From: Auanema rhodensis
Taxonomy: Eukaryota; Animalia; Nematoda
Direction of reading: 5' to 3'
Assembly (NCBI GenBank): GCA_964057225.1
Contig: OZ059894.1
Span: 21,576,001 to 21,640,000, forward strand
DNA length: 64,000 nt
Positions 12,285-25,200 of the stretch are shown here, in pieces (position 1 is the first letter of the stretch; each line of letters opens with the position of its first letter). The translations under genes and the position numbers were made by a program. Below the pieces are notes generated by a model, which was not told the origin of the DNA, searched no databases, and was given only the letters and a program-made list of their open reading frames with translations.

Positions 12285-15200
12285 TATCAGATTTGCGCTA
12301 GCTTAAAAATGCACCGAGACATCAACTGATATAAGTTCACACTTATATCCTCGATTTTCACCCTGAAGAATTAATTTTTTCGTTGAATAACATTGTCCAT
12401 CGTCTTTGCCTTAAAAAAAGGAATCTAAAAACATCTACTTTTTGCTAAATTATTTTGAAATTTTTCGAAAAAATTTTTGTCAAAATGTTTTTGGAAGCAA
12501 TGTTGAGTGTACATGGAAACTCAACATACACTAATGCATCATTTTTCAAACGATCATAACTAATTTGTGTATTAAAAGTTTCTTGATGTAGTATAGTGCA
12601 TTCGATGCGGATTTTTAAGCTGCGTCGATCTGTGTTATCTGATTTGCGCTAGCTTAAAAATGCACCGAGATATCAACTGATATATGTTCACACTTATATC
12701 CTCGATTTTCACCCTGAAGAATTAATTTTTTCGTTGAATAACATTGTCCATCGTCTTTGCCTTGAAAAAAGAAATCTAAAAACATCTACTTTTTGCTAAA
12801 TTATTTTGAAATTTTTCGAAAAAATTTTTGTCAAAATGTTTTTGGAAGCAATGTTGAGTGTACATGGAAACTCAACATACACTAATGCATCATTTTTCAA
12901 ACGATCATAACTAATTTGTGTATTAAGCGTTTCTCAATGTAGTATAGTGCATTCGATGCGGATTTTTAAGCTGCGTCGATCTGTGTTATCCGATTTGCGC
13001 TAGCTTAAAAATGCACCGAGATATCAACTGATATATGTTCACACTTATATCCTCGATTTTCACCCTGAAGAATTAATTTTTTCGTTGAATAACATTGTCC
13101 ATCGTCTTTGCCTTGAAAAAAGAAATCTAAAAACATCTACTTTTTGCTAAATTATTTTGAAATTTTTCGAAAAAATTTTTGTCAAAATGTTTTTGGAAGC
13201 AATGTTGAGTGTACATGGAAACTCAACATACACTAATGCATCATTTTTCAAACGATCATAACTAATTTGTGTATTAAGCGTTTCTCAATGTAGTATAGTG
13301 CATTCGATGCGGATTTTTAAGCTGCGTCGATCTGTGTTATCAGATTTGCGCTAGCTTAAAAATGCACCGAGATATCAACTGATATAAGTTCACACTTATA
13401 TCCTCGATTTTCACCCTGAAGAATTAATTTTTTCGTTGAATAACATTGTCCATCGTCTTTGCCTTGGAAAAAGGAATCTAAAAACATCTACTTTTTGCTG
13501 AATTATTCTGAAATTTTTCGAAAAAATTTTTGTCAAAATGTTTTTGGAAGCAATGTTGAGTGTACATGGAAACTCAACATACACTAATGCATCATTTTTC
13601 AAACGATCATAACTAATTTTTGTATTAAGCGTTTCTCAATGTAGTATAGTGCATTCGATGCGGATTTTTAAGCTGCGTCGATCTGTGTTATCAGATTTGC
13701 GCTAGCTTAAAAATGCACCGAGATATCAACTGATATAAGTTCACACTTATATCCTCGATTTTCACCCTGAAGAATTAATTTTTTCGTTGAATAACATTGT
13801 CCATCGTCTTTGCCTTAAAAAAAGGAATCTAAAAACATCTACTTTTTGCTAAATTATTTTGAAATTTTTCGAAAAAATTTTTGTCAAAATGTTTTTGGAA
13901 GCAATGTTGAGTGTACATGGAAACTCAACATACACTAATGCATCATTTTTCAAACGATCATAACTAATTTGTGTATTAAAAGTTTCTTGATGTAGTATAG
14001 TGCATTCGATGCGGATTTTTAAGCTGCGTCGATCTGTGTTATCTGATTTGCGCTAGCTTAAAAATGCACCGAGATATCAACTGATATATGTTCACACTTA
14101 TATCCTCGATTTTCACCCTGAAGAATTAATTTTTTCGTTGAATAACATTGTCCATCGTCTTTGCCTTGAAAAAAGAAATCTAAAAACATCTACTTTTTGC
14201 TAAATTATTTTGAAATTTTTCGAAAAAATTTTTGTCAAAATGTTTTTGGAAGCAATGTTGAGTGTACATGGAAACTCAACATACACTAATGCATCATTTT
14301 TCAAACGATCATAACTAATTTGTGTATTAAGCGTTTCTCAATGTAGTATAGTGCATTCGATGCGGATTTTTAAGCTGCGTCGATCTGTGTTATCCGATTT
14401 GCGCTAGCTTAAAAATGCACCGAGATATCAACTGATATATGTTCACACTTATATCCTCGATTTTCACCCTGAAGAATTAATTTTTTCGTTGAATAACATT
14501 GTCCATCGTCTTTGCCTTGAAAAAAGAAATCTAAAAACATCTACTTTTTGCTAAATTATTTTGAAATTTTTCGAAAAAATTTTTGTCAAAATGTTTTTGG
14601 AAGCAATGTTGAGTGTACATGGAAACTCAACATACACTAATGCATCATTTTTCAAACGATCATAACTAATTTGTGTATTAAGCGTTTCTCAATGTAGTAT
14701 AGTGCATTCGATGCGGATTTTTAAGCTGCGTCGATCTGTGTTATCAGATTTGCGCTAGCTTAAAAATGCACCGAGATATCAACTGATATAAGTTCACACT
14801 TATATCCTCGATTTTCACCCTGAAGAATTAATTTTTTCGTTGAATAACATTGTCCATCGTCTTTGCCTTGGAAAAAGGAATCTAAAAACATCTACTTTTT
14901 GCTGAATTATTCTGAAATTTTTCGAAAAAATTTTTGTCAAAATGTTTTTGGAAGCAATGTTGAGTGTACATGGAAACTCAACATACACTAATGCATCATT
15001 TTTCAAACGATCATAACTAATTTTTGTATTAAGCGTTTCTCAATGTAGTATAGTGCATTCGATGCGGATTTTTAAGCTGCGTCGATCTGTGTTATCAGAT
15101 TTGCGCTAGCTTAAAAATGCACCGAGATATCAACTGATATAAGTTTACACTTATATCCTCGATTTTCACCCTGAAGAATTAATTTTTTCGTTGAATAACA

Positions 15201-18200
15201 TTGTCCATCGTCTTTGCCTTGAAAAAAGAAATCTAAAAACATCTACTTTTTGCTAAATTATTTTGAAATTTTTCGAAAAAATTTTTGTCAAAATGTTTTT
15301 GGAAGCAATGTTGAGTGTACATGGAAACTCAACATACACTAATGCATCATTTTTCAAACGATCATAACTAATTTGTGTATTAAGCGTTTCTCAATGTAGT
15401 ATAGTGCATTCGATGCGGATTTTTAAGCTGCGTCGATCTGTGTTATCAGATTTGCGCTAGCTTAAAAATGCACCGAGATATCAACTGATATAAGTTCACA
15501 CTTATATCCTCGATTTTCACCCTGAAGAATTAATTTTTTCGTTGAATAACATTGTCCATCGTCTTTGCCTTGAAAAAAGAAATCTAAAAACATCTACTTT
15601 TTGCTAAATTATTTTGAAATTTTTCGAAAAAATTTTTGTCAAAATGTTTTTGGAAGCAATGTTGAGTGTACATGGAAACTCAACATACACTAATGCATCA
15701 TTTTTCAAACGATCATAACTAATTTTTGTATCAAACGTTTCTCAATGTAGTATAGTGCATTCGATGCGGATTTTTAAGCTGCGTCGATCTGTGTTATCAG
15801 ATTTGCGCTAGCTTAAAAATGCACCGAGATATCAACTGATATAAGTTCACACTTATATCCTCGATTTTCACCCTGAAGAATTAATTTTTTCGTTGAATAA
15901 CATTGTCCATCGTCTTTGCCTTGGAAAAAGGAATCTAAAAACATCTACTTTTTGCTGAATTATTCTGAAATTTTTCGAAAAAATTTTTGTCAAAATGTTT
16001 TTGGAAGCAATGTTGAGTGTACATGGAAACTCAACATACACTAATGCATCATTTTTCAAACGATCATAACTAATTTTTGTATTAAGCGTTTCTCAATGTA
16101 GTATAGTGCATTCGATGCGGATTTTTAAGCTGCGTCGATCTGTGTTATCTGATTTGCGCTAGCTTAAAAATGCACCGAGATATCAACTGATATAAGTTCA
16201 CACTTATATCCTCGATTTTCACCCTGAAGAATTAATTTTTTCGTTGAATAACATTGTCCATCGTCTTTGCCTTAAAAAAAGGAATCTAAAAACATCTACT
16301 TTTTGCTAAATTATTTTGAAATTTTTCGAAAAAATTTTTGTCAAAATGTTTTTGGAAGCAATGTTGAGTGTACATGGAAACTCAACATACACTAATGCAT
16401 CATTTTTCAAACGATCATAACTAATTTGTGTATTAAAAGTTTCTTGATGTAGTATAGTGCATTCGATGCGGATTTTTAAGCTGCGTCGATCTGTGTTATC
16501 TGATTTGCGCTAGCTTAAAAATGCACCGTGATATCAACTGATATATGTTCACACTTATATCCTCGATTTTCACCCTGAAGAATTAATTTTTTCGTTGAAT
16601 AACATTGTCCATCGTCTTTGCCTTGAAAAAAGAAATCTAAAAACATCTACTTTTTGCTAAATTATTTTGAAATTTTTCGAAAAAATTTTTGTCAAAATGT
16701 TTTTGGAAGCAATGTTGAGTGTACATGGAAACTCAACATACACTAATGCATCATTTTTCAAACGATCATAACTAATTTGTGTATTAAGCGTTTCTCAATG
16801 TAGTATAGTGCATTCGATGCGGATTTTTAAGCTGCGTCGATCTGTGTTATCCGATTTGCGCTAGCTTAAAAATGCACCGAGATATCAACTGATATATGTT
16901 CACACTTATATCCTCGATTTTCACCCTGAAGAATTAATTTTTTCGTTGAATAACATTGTCCATCGTCTTTGCCTTGAAAAAAGAAATCTAAAAACATCTA
17001 CTTTTTGCTAAATTATTTTGAAATTTTTCGAAAAAATTTTTGTCAAAATGTTTTTGGAAGCAATGTTGAGTGTACATGGAAACTCAACATACACTAATGC
17101 ATCATTTTTCAAACGATCATAACTAATTTGTGTATTAAGCGTTTCTCAATGTAGTATAGTGCATTCGATGCGGATTTTTAAGCTGCGTCGATCTGTGTTA
17201 TCAGATTTGCGCTAGCTTAAAAATGCACCGAGATATCAACTGATATAAGTTCACACTTATATCCTCGATTTTCACCCTGAAGAATTAATTTTTTCGTTGA
17301 ATAACATTGTCCATCGTCTTTGCCTTGGAAAAAGGAATCTAAAAACATCTACTTTTTGCTGAATTATTCTGAAATTTTTCGAAAAAATTTTTGTCAAAAT
17401 GTTTTTGGAAGCAATGTTGAGTGTACATGGAAACTCAACATACACTAATGCATCATTTTTCAAACGATCATAACTAATTTTTGTATTAAGCGTTTCTCAA
17501 TGTAGTATAGTGCATTCGATGCGGATTTTTAAGCTGCGTCGATCTGTGTTATCAGATTTGCGCTAGCTTAAAAATGCACCGAGATATCAACTGATATAAG
17601 TTTACACTTATATCCTCGATTTTCACCCTGAAGAATTAATTTTTTCGTTGAATAACATTGTCCATCGTCTTTGCCTTGAAAAAAGAAATCTAAAAACATC
17701 TACTTTTTGCTAAATTATTTTGAAATTTTTCGAAAAAATTTTTGTCAAAATGTTTTTGGAAGCAATGTTGAGTGTACATGGAAACTCAACATACACTAAT
17801 GCATCATTTTTCAAACGATCATAACTAATTTGTGTATTAAGCGTTTCTCAATGTAGTATAGTGCATTCGATGCGGATTTTTAAGCTGCGTCGATCTGTGT
17901 TATCAGATTTGCGCTAGCTTAAAAATGCACCGAGATATCAACTGATATAAGTTCACACTTATATCCTCGATTTTCACCCTGAAGAATTAATTTTTTCGTT
18001 GAATAACATTGTCCATCGTCTTTGCCTTGAAAAAAGAAATCTAAAAACATCTACTTTTTGCTAAATTATTTTGAAATTTTTCGAAAAAATTTTTGTCAAA
18101 ATGTTTTTGGAAGCAATGTTGAGTGTACATGGAAACTCAACATACACTAATGCATCATTTTTCAAACGATCATAACTAATTTTTGTATCAAACGTTTCTC

Positions 18201-18602
18201 AATGTAGTATAGTGCATTCGATGCGGATTTTTAAGCTGCGTCGATCTGTGTTATCAGATTTGCGCTAGCTTAAAAATGCACCGAGATATCAACTGATATA
18301 AGTTCACACTTATATCCTCGATTTTCACCCTGAAGAATTAATTTTTTCGTTGAATAACATTGTCCATCGTCTTTGCCTTGGAAAAAGGAATCTAAAAACA
18401 TCTACTTTTTGCTGAATTATTCTGAAATTTTTCGAAAAAATTTTTGTCAAAATGTTTTTGGAAGCAATGTTGAGTGTACATGGAAACTCAACATACACTA
18501 ATGCATCATTTTTCAAACGATCATAACTAATTTTTGTATTAAGCGTTTCTCAATGTAGTATAGTGCATTCGATGCGGATTTTTAAGCTGCGTCGATCTGT
18601 GT
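12285..18602 (+). repeat. Overlapping 4-mer x2 (12285-15092) and 7-mer x2 (13689-18602, 2457 bp) higher-order repeats
   Basis: Monomer variant order repeats. ORF-bearing monomers at 13411/15868/18325 and 14815/17272 are 2457 bp apart, and 13411/14815 are 1404 bp apart. Confidence 0.8.
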
Positions 18603-18953
18603 TATCAGATTTGCGCTAGCTTAAAAATGCACCGAGATATCAACTGATATAAGTTTACACTTATATCCTCGATTTTCACCCTGAAGAATTAATTTTTTCG
18701 TTGAATAACATTGTCCATCGTCTTTGCCTTGAAAAAAGAAATCTAAAAACATCTACTTTTTGCTAAATTATTTTGAAATTTTTCGAAAAAATTTTTGTCA
18801 AAATGTTTTTGGAAGCAATGTTGAGTGTACATGGAAACTCAACATACACTAATGCATCATTTTTCAAACGATCATAACTAATTTGTGTATTAAGCGTTTC
18901 TCAATGTAGTATAGTGCATTCGATGCGGATTTTTAAGCTGCGTCGATCTGTGT

Positions 18954-21059
18954 TATCAGATTTGCGCTAGCTTAAAAATGCACCGAGATATCAACTGATA
19001 TAAGTTCACACTTATATCCTCGATTTTCACCCTGAAGAATTAATTTTTTCGTTGAATAACATTGTCCATCGTCTTTGCCTTAAAAAAAGGAATCTAAAAA
19101 CATCTACTTTTTGCTAAATTATTTTGAAATTTTTCGAAAAAATTTTTGTCAAAATGTTTTTGGAAGCAATGTTGAGTGTACATGGAAACTCAACACACAC
19201 TAATGCATCATTTTTCAAACGATCATAACTAATTTGTGTATTAAGCGTTTCTCAATGTAGTATAGTGCATTCAATGCGGATTTTTAAGCTGCGTCGATCT
19301 GTGTTATCAGATTTGCGCTAGCTTAAAAATGCACCGAGATATCAACTGATATAAGTTCACACTTATATCCTCGATTTTCACCCTGAAGAATTAATTTTTT
19401 CGTTGAATAACATTGTCCATCGTCTTTGCCTTAAAAACAGGAATCTAAAAACATCTACTTTTTGCTGAATTATTCTGAAATTTTTCGAAAAAATTTTTGT
19501 CAAAATGTTTTTGGAAGCAATGTTGAGTGTACATGGAAACTCAACATACACTAATGCATCATTTTTCAAACGATCATAACTAATTTTTGTATCAAACGTT
19601 TCTCAATGTAGTATAGTGCATTCGATGCGGATTTTTAAGCTGCGTCGATCTGTGTTATCAGATTTGCGCTAGCTTAAAAATGCACCGAGATATCAACTGA
19701 TATAAGTTCACACTTATATCCTCGATTTTCACCCTGAAGAATTAATTTTTTCGTTGAATAACATTGTCCATCGTCTTTGCCTTGGAAAAAGGAATCTAAA
19801 AACATCTACTTTTTGCTGAATTATTCTGAAATTTTTCGAAAAAATTTTTGTCAAAATGTTTTTGGAAGCAATGTTGAGTGTACATGGAAACTCAACATAC
19901 ACTAATGCATCATTTTTCAAACGATCATAACTAATTTGTGTATTAAGCGTTTCTCAATGTAGTATAGTGCATTCGATGCGGATTTTTAAGCTGCGTCGAT
20001 CTGTGTTATCAGATTTGCGCTAGCTTAAAAATGCACCGAGATATCAACTGATATAAGTTCACACTTATATCCTCGATTTTCACCCTGAAGAATTAATTTT
20101 TTCGTTGAATAACATTGTCCATCGTCTTTGCCTTAAAAAAAGGAATCTAAAAACATCTACTTTTTGCTAAATTATTTTGAAATTTTTCGAAAAAATTTTT
20201 GTCAAAATGTTTTTGGAAGCAATGTTGAGTGTACATGGAAACTCAACACACACTAATGCATCATTTTTCAAACGATCATAACTAATTTGTGTATTAAGCG
20301 TTTCTCAATGTAGTATAGTGCATTCAATGCGGATTTTTAAGCTGCGTCGATCTGTGTTATCAGATTTGCGCTAGCTTAAAAATGCACCGAGATATCAACT
20401 GATATAAGTTCACACTTATATCCTCGATTTTCACCCTGAAGAATTAATTTTTTCGTTGAATAACATTGTCCATCGTCTTTGCCTTAAAAACAGGAATCTA
20501 AAAACATCTACTTTTTGCTGAATTATTCTGAAATTTTTCGAAAAAATTTTTGTCAAAATGTTTTTGGAAGCAATGTTGAGTGTACATGGAAACTCAACAT
20601 ACACTAATGCATCATTTTTCAAACGATCATAACTAATTTTTGTATCAAACGTTTCTCAATGTAGTATAGTGCATTCGATGCGGATTTTTAAGCTGCGTCG
20701 ATCTGTGTTATCAGATTTGCGCTAGCTTAAAAATGCACCGAGATATCAACTGATATAAGTTCACACTTATATCCTCGATTTTCACCCTGAAGAATTAATT
20801 TTTTCGTTGAATAACATTGTCCATCGTCTTTGCCTTGGAAAAAGGAATCTAAAAACATCTACTTTTTGCTGAATTATTCTGAAATTTTTCGAAAAAATTT
20901 TTGTCAAAATGTTTTTGGAAGCAATGTTGAGTGTACATGGAAACTCAACATACACTAATGCATCATTTTTCAAACGATCATAACTAATTTTTGTATTAAG
21001 CGTTTCTCAATGTAGTATAGTGCATTCGATGCGGATTTTTAAGCTGCGTCGATCTGTGT
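18954..21059 (+). repeat. Local 3-mer higher-order repeat x2
   Basis: The order AACACAC+TTCAATGCG monomer, AAAACAGG+CTGAATT monomer, CCTTGG monomer occurs at 18954 and 20007. ORF pairs 19378/20431 and 19729/20782 are 1053 bp apart. Confidence 0.8.
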
Positions 21060-22141
21060 TATCAGATTTGCGCTAGCTTAAAAATGCACCGAGATATCAA
21101 CTGATATAAGTTTACACTTATATCCTCGATTTTCACCCTGAAGAATTAATTTTTTCGTTGAATAACATTGTCCATCGTCTTTGCCTTGAAAAAAGAAATC
21201 TAAAAACATCTACTTTTTGCTAAATTATTTTGAAATTTTTCGAAAAAATTTTTGTCAAAATGTTTTTGGAAGCAATGTTGAGTGTACATGGAAACTCAAC
21301 ATACACTAATGCATCATTTTTCAAACGATCATAACTAATTTTTGTATCAAACGTTTCTCAATGTAGTATAGTGCATTCGATGCGGATTTTTAAGCTGCGT
21401 CGATCTGTGTTATCAGATTTGCGCTAGCTTAAAAATGCACCGAGATATCAACAGATATAAGTTCACACTTATATCCTCGATTTTCACCCTGAAGAATTAA
21501 TTTTTTCGTTGAATAACATTGTCCATCGTCTTTGCCTTGGAAAAAGGAATCTAAAAACATCTACTTTTTGCTGAATTATTCTGAAATTTTTCGAAAAAAT
21601 TTTTGTCAAAATGTTTTTGGAAGCAATGTTGAGTGTACATGGAAACTCAACATACACTAATGCATCATTTTTCAAACGATCATAACTAATTTTTGTATCA
21701 AACGTTTTTCAATGTAGTATAGTGCATTCGATGCGGATTTTTAAGCTGCGTCGATCTGTGTTATCAGATTTGCGCTAGCTTAAAAATGCACCGAGATATC
21801 AACTGATATAAGTTTACACTTATATCCTCGATTTTCACCCTGAAGAATTAATTTTTTCGTTGAATAACATTGTCCATCGTCTTTGCCTTGAAAAAAGAAA
21901 TCTAAAAACATCTACTTTTTGCTAAATTATTTTGAAATTTTTCGAAAAAATTTTTGTCAAAATGTTTTTGGAAGCAATGTTGAGTGTACATGGAAACTCA
22001 ACATACACTAATGCATCATTTTTCAAACGATCATAACTAATTTTTGTATCAAACGTTTCTCAATGTAGTATAGTGCATTCGATGCGGATTTTTAAGCTGC
22101 GTCGATCTGTGTTATCAGATTTGCGCTAGCTTAAAAATGCA

Positions 22142-22211
22142 CCGAGATATCAACTGATATAAGTTCACACTTATATCCGAGATATCAACTGATATAAGTT
22201 TACACTTATAT
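22142..22211 (+). repeat. 35-bp direct duplication within one monomer (386-bp monomer, 22113-22498)
   Basis: CCGAGATATCAACTGATATAAGTTCACACTTATAT (22142-22176) is followed by CCGAGATATCAACTGATATAAGTTTACACTTATAT (22177-22211). Array phase shifts by +35 downstream. Confidence 0.97.
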
Positions 22212-25200
22212 CCTCGATTTTCATCCTGAAGAATTAATTTTTTCGTTTAATAACATTGTCTATCGTCTTTGCCTTGAAAAATGGAATCTAAAAACATCTA
22301 CTTTTTGCTAAATTATTTTGAAATTTTTCGAAAAAATTTTTGTCAAAATGTTTTTTGAAGCAATGTTGAGTGTACATGGAAACTCAACATACACTAATGC
22401 ATCATTTTTCAAACGAACATAACTAATTTTTGTATCAAGCGTTTCTCAATGTAGTATAGTGCATTCGATGCGGATTTTTAAGCTGCGTCGATCTGTGTTA
22501 TCAAATTTGCGCTAGCTTAAAAATGCACCGAGATATCAACTGATATAAGTTCACACTTATATCCTCGATTTTCACCCTGAAGAATTAATTTTTTCGTTGA
22601 ATAACATTGTCCATCGTCTTTGCCTTAAAAAAAGGAATCTAAAAACATCTACTTTTTGCTAAATTATTTTGAAATTTTTCGAAAAAATTTTTGTCAAAAT
22701 GTTTTTTGAAGCAATGTTGAGTGTACATGGAAACTCAACATACACTAATGCATCATTTTTCAAACGAACATAACTAATTTTTGTATCAAGCGTTTCTCAA
22801 TGTAGTATAGTGCATTCGATGCGGATTTTTAAGCTGCGTCGATCTGTGTTATCAAATTTGCGCTAGCTTAAAAATGCACCGAGATATCAACTGATATAAG
22901 TTCACACTTATATCCTCGATTTTCACCCTGAAGAATTAATTTTTTCGTTGAATAACATTGTCCATCGTCTTTGCCTTAAAAACAGGAATCTAAAAACATC
23001 TACTTTTTGCTAAATTATTATGAAATTTTTCGAAAAAATTTTTGTCAAAATGTTTTTGGAAGCAATGTTGAGTGTACATGGAAACTCAACATACACTAAT
23101 GCATCATTTTTCAAACGATCATAACTAATTTTTGTATTAAGCGTTTCTTAATGTAGCATAGTGCATTCGATGCGGTTTTTCAAGCTGCGTCGATCTGTGT
23201 TATCAGATTTGCGCTAGCTTAAAAATGCACCGAGATATCAACTGATATAAGTTCACACTTATATCCTCGATTTTCACCCTGAAGAATTAATTTTTTCGTT
23301 GAATAACCTTGTCTATCGTCTTTGCCTTGAAAAATGGAATCTAAAAACATCTACTTTTTGCTAAATTATTTTGAAATTTTTCGAAAAAATTTTTGTCAAA
23401 ATGTTTTTGGAAGCAATGTTGAGTGTACATGGAAACTCAACACACACTAATGCATCATTTTTCAAACGATCATAACTAATTTTTGTATTAAGCGTTTCTC
23501 AATGTTGTATAGTGCATTCGATGCGGATTTTTAAGCTGCGTCGATCTGTGTTATCAGATTTGCGCTAGCTTAAAAATGCACCGAGATATCAACTGATATA
23601 AGTTCACACTTATATCCTCGATTTTCACCCTGAAGAATTAATTTTTTCGTTGAATAACATTGTCTATCGTCTTTGCCTTGAAAAATGGAATCTAAAAACA
23701 TCTACTTTTTGCTAAATTATTTTGAAATTTTTCGAAAAAATTTTTGTCAAAATGTTTTTGGAAGCAATGTTGAGTGTACATGGAAACTCAACATACACTA
23801 ATGCATCATTTTTCAAACGATCATAACTAATTTTTGTATTAAGCGTTTCTTAATGTAGTATAGTGCATTCGATGCGGTTTTTCAAGCTGCGTCGATCTGT
23901 GTTATCAGATTTGCGCTAGCTTAAAAATGCACCGAGATATCAACTGATATAAGTTCACACTTATATCCTCGATTTTCACCCTGAAGAATTAATTTTTTCG
24001 TTGAATAACCTTGTCTATCGTCTTTGCCTTGAAAAATGGAATCTAAAAACATCTACTTTTTGCTAAATTATTTTGAAATTTTTCGAAAAAATTTTTGTCA
24101 AAATGTTTTTGGAAGCAATGTTGAGTGTACATGGAAACTCAACACACACTAATGCATCATTTTTCAAACGATCATAACTAATTTTTGTATTAAGCGTTTC
24201 TCAATGTTGTATAGTGCATTCGATGCGGATTTTTAAGCTGCGTCGATCTGTGTTATCAGATTTGCGCTAGCTTAAAAATGCACCGAGATATCAACTGATA
24301 TAAGTTCACACTTATATCCTCGATTTTCACCCTGAAGAATTAATTTTTTCGTTGAATAACATTGTCTATCGTCTTTGCCTTGAAAAATGGAATCTAAAAA
24401 CATCTACTTTTTGCTAAATTATTTTGAAATTTTTCGAAAAAATTTTTGTCAAAATGTTTTTGGAAGCAATGTTGAGTGTACATGGAAACTCAACATACAC
24501 TAATGCATCATTTTTCAAACGATCATAACTAATTTTTGTATTAAGCGTTTCTTAATGTAGCATAGTGCATTCGATGCGGTTTTTCAAGCTGCGTCGATCT
24601 GTGTTATCAGATTTGCGCTAGCTTAAAAATGCACCGAGATATCAACTGATATAAGTTCACACTTATATCCTCGATTTTCACCCTGAAGAATTAATTTTTT
24701 CGTTGAATAACCTTGTCTATCGTCTTTGCCTTGAAAAATGGAATCTAAAAACATCTACTTTTTGCTAAATTATTTTGAAATTTTTCGAAAAAATTTTTGT
24801 CAAAATGTTTTTGGAAGCAATGTTGAGTGTACATGGAAACTCAACACACACTAATGCATCATTTTTCAAACGATCATAACTAATTTTTGTATTAAGCGTT
24901 TCTCAATGTTGTATAGTGCATTCGATGCGGATTTTTAAGCTGCGTCGATCTGTGTTATCAGATTTGCGCTAGCTTAAAAATGCACCGAGATATCAACTGA
25001 TATAAGTTCACACTTATATCCTCGATTTTCACCCTGAAGAATTAATTTTTTCGTTGAATAACATTGTCTATCGTCTTTGCCTTGAAAAATGGAATCTAAA
25101 AACATCTACTTTTTGCTAAATTATTTTGAAATTTTTCGAAAAAATTTTTGTCAAAATGTTTTTGGAAGCAATGTTGAGTGTACATGGAAACTCAACATAC

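Larger units (their letters stand above)
1..22176 (+). repeat. Satellite variant domain A
   Basis: Diagnostic variants read from the sequence: GATGTGCG, TATCCGAT/TATCTGAT with ATATGTTCAC, ATTAAAAGTTTCTTGA, CCTTGGAAAAAGG with CTGAATTATTCTGA, and AAAAAAGAAATC. Confidence 0.85.
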
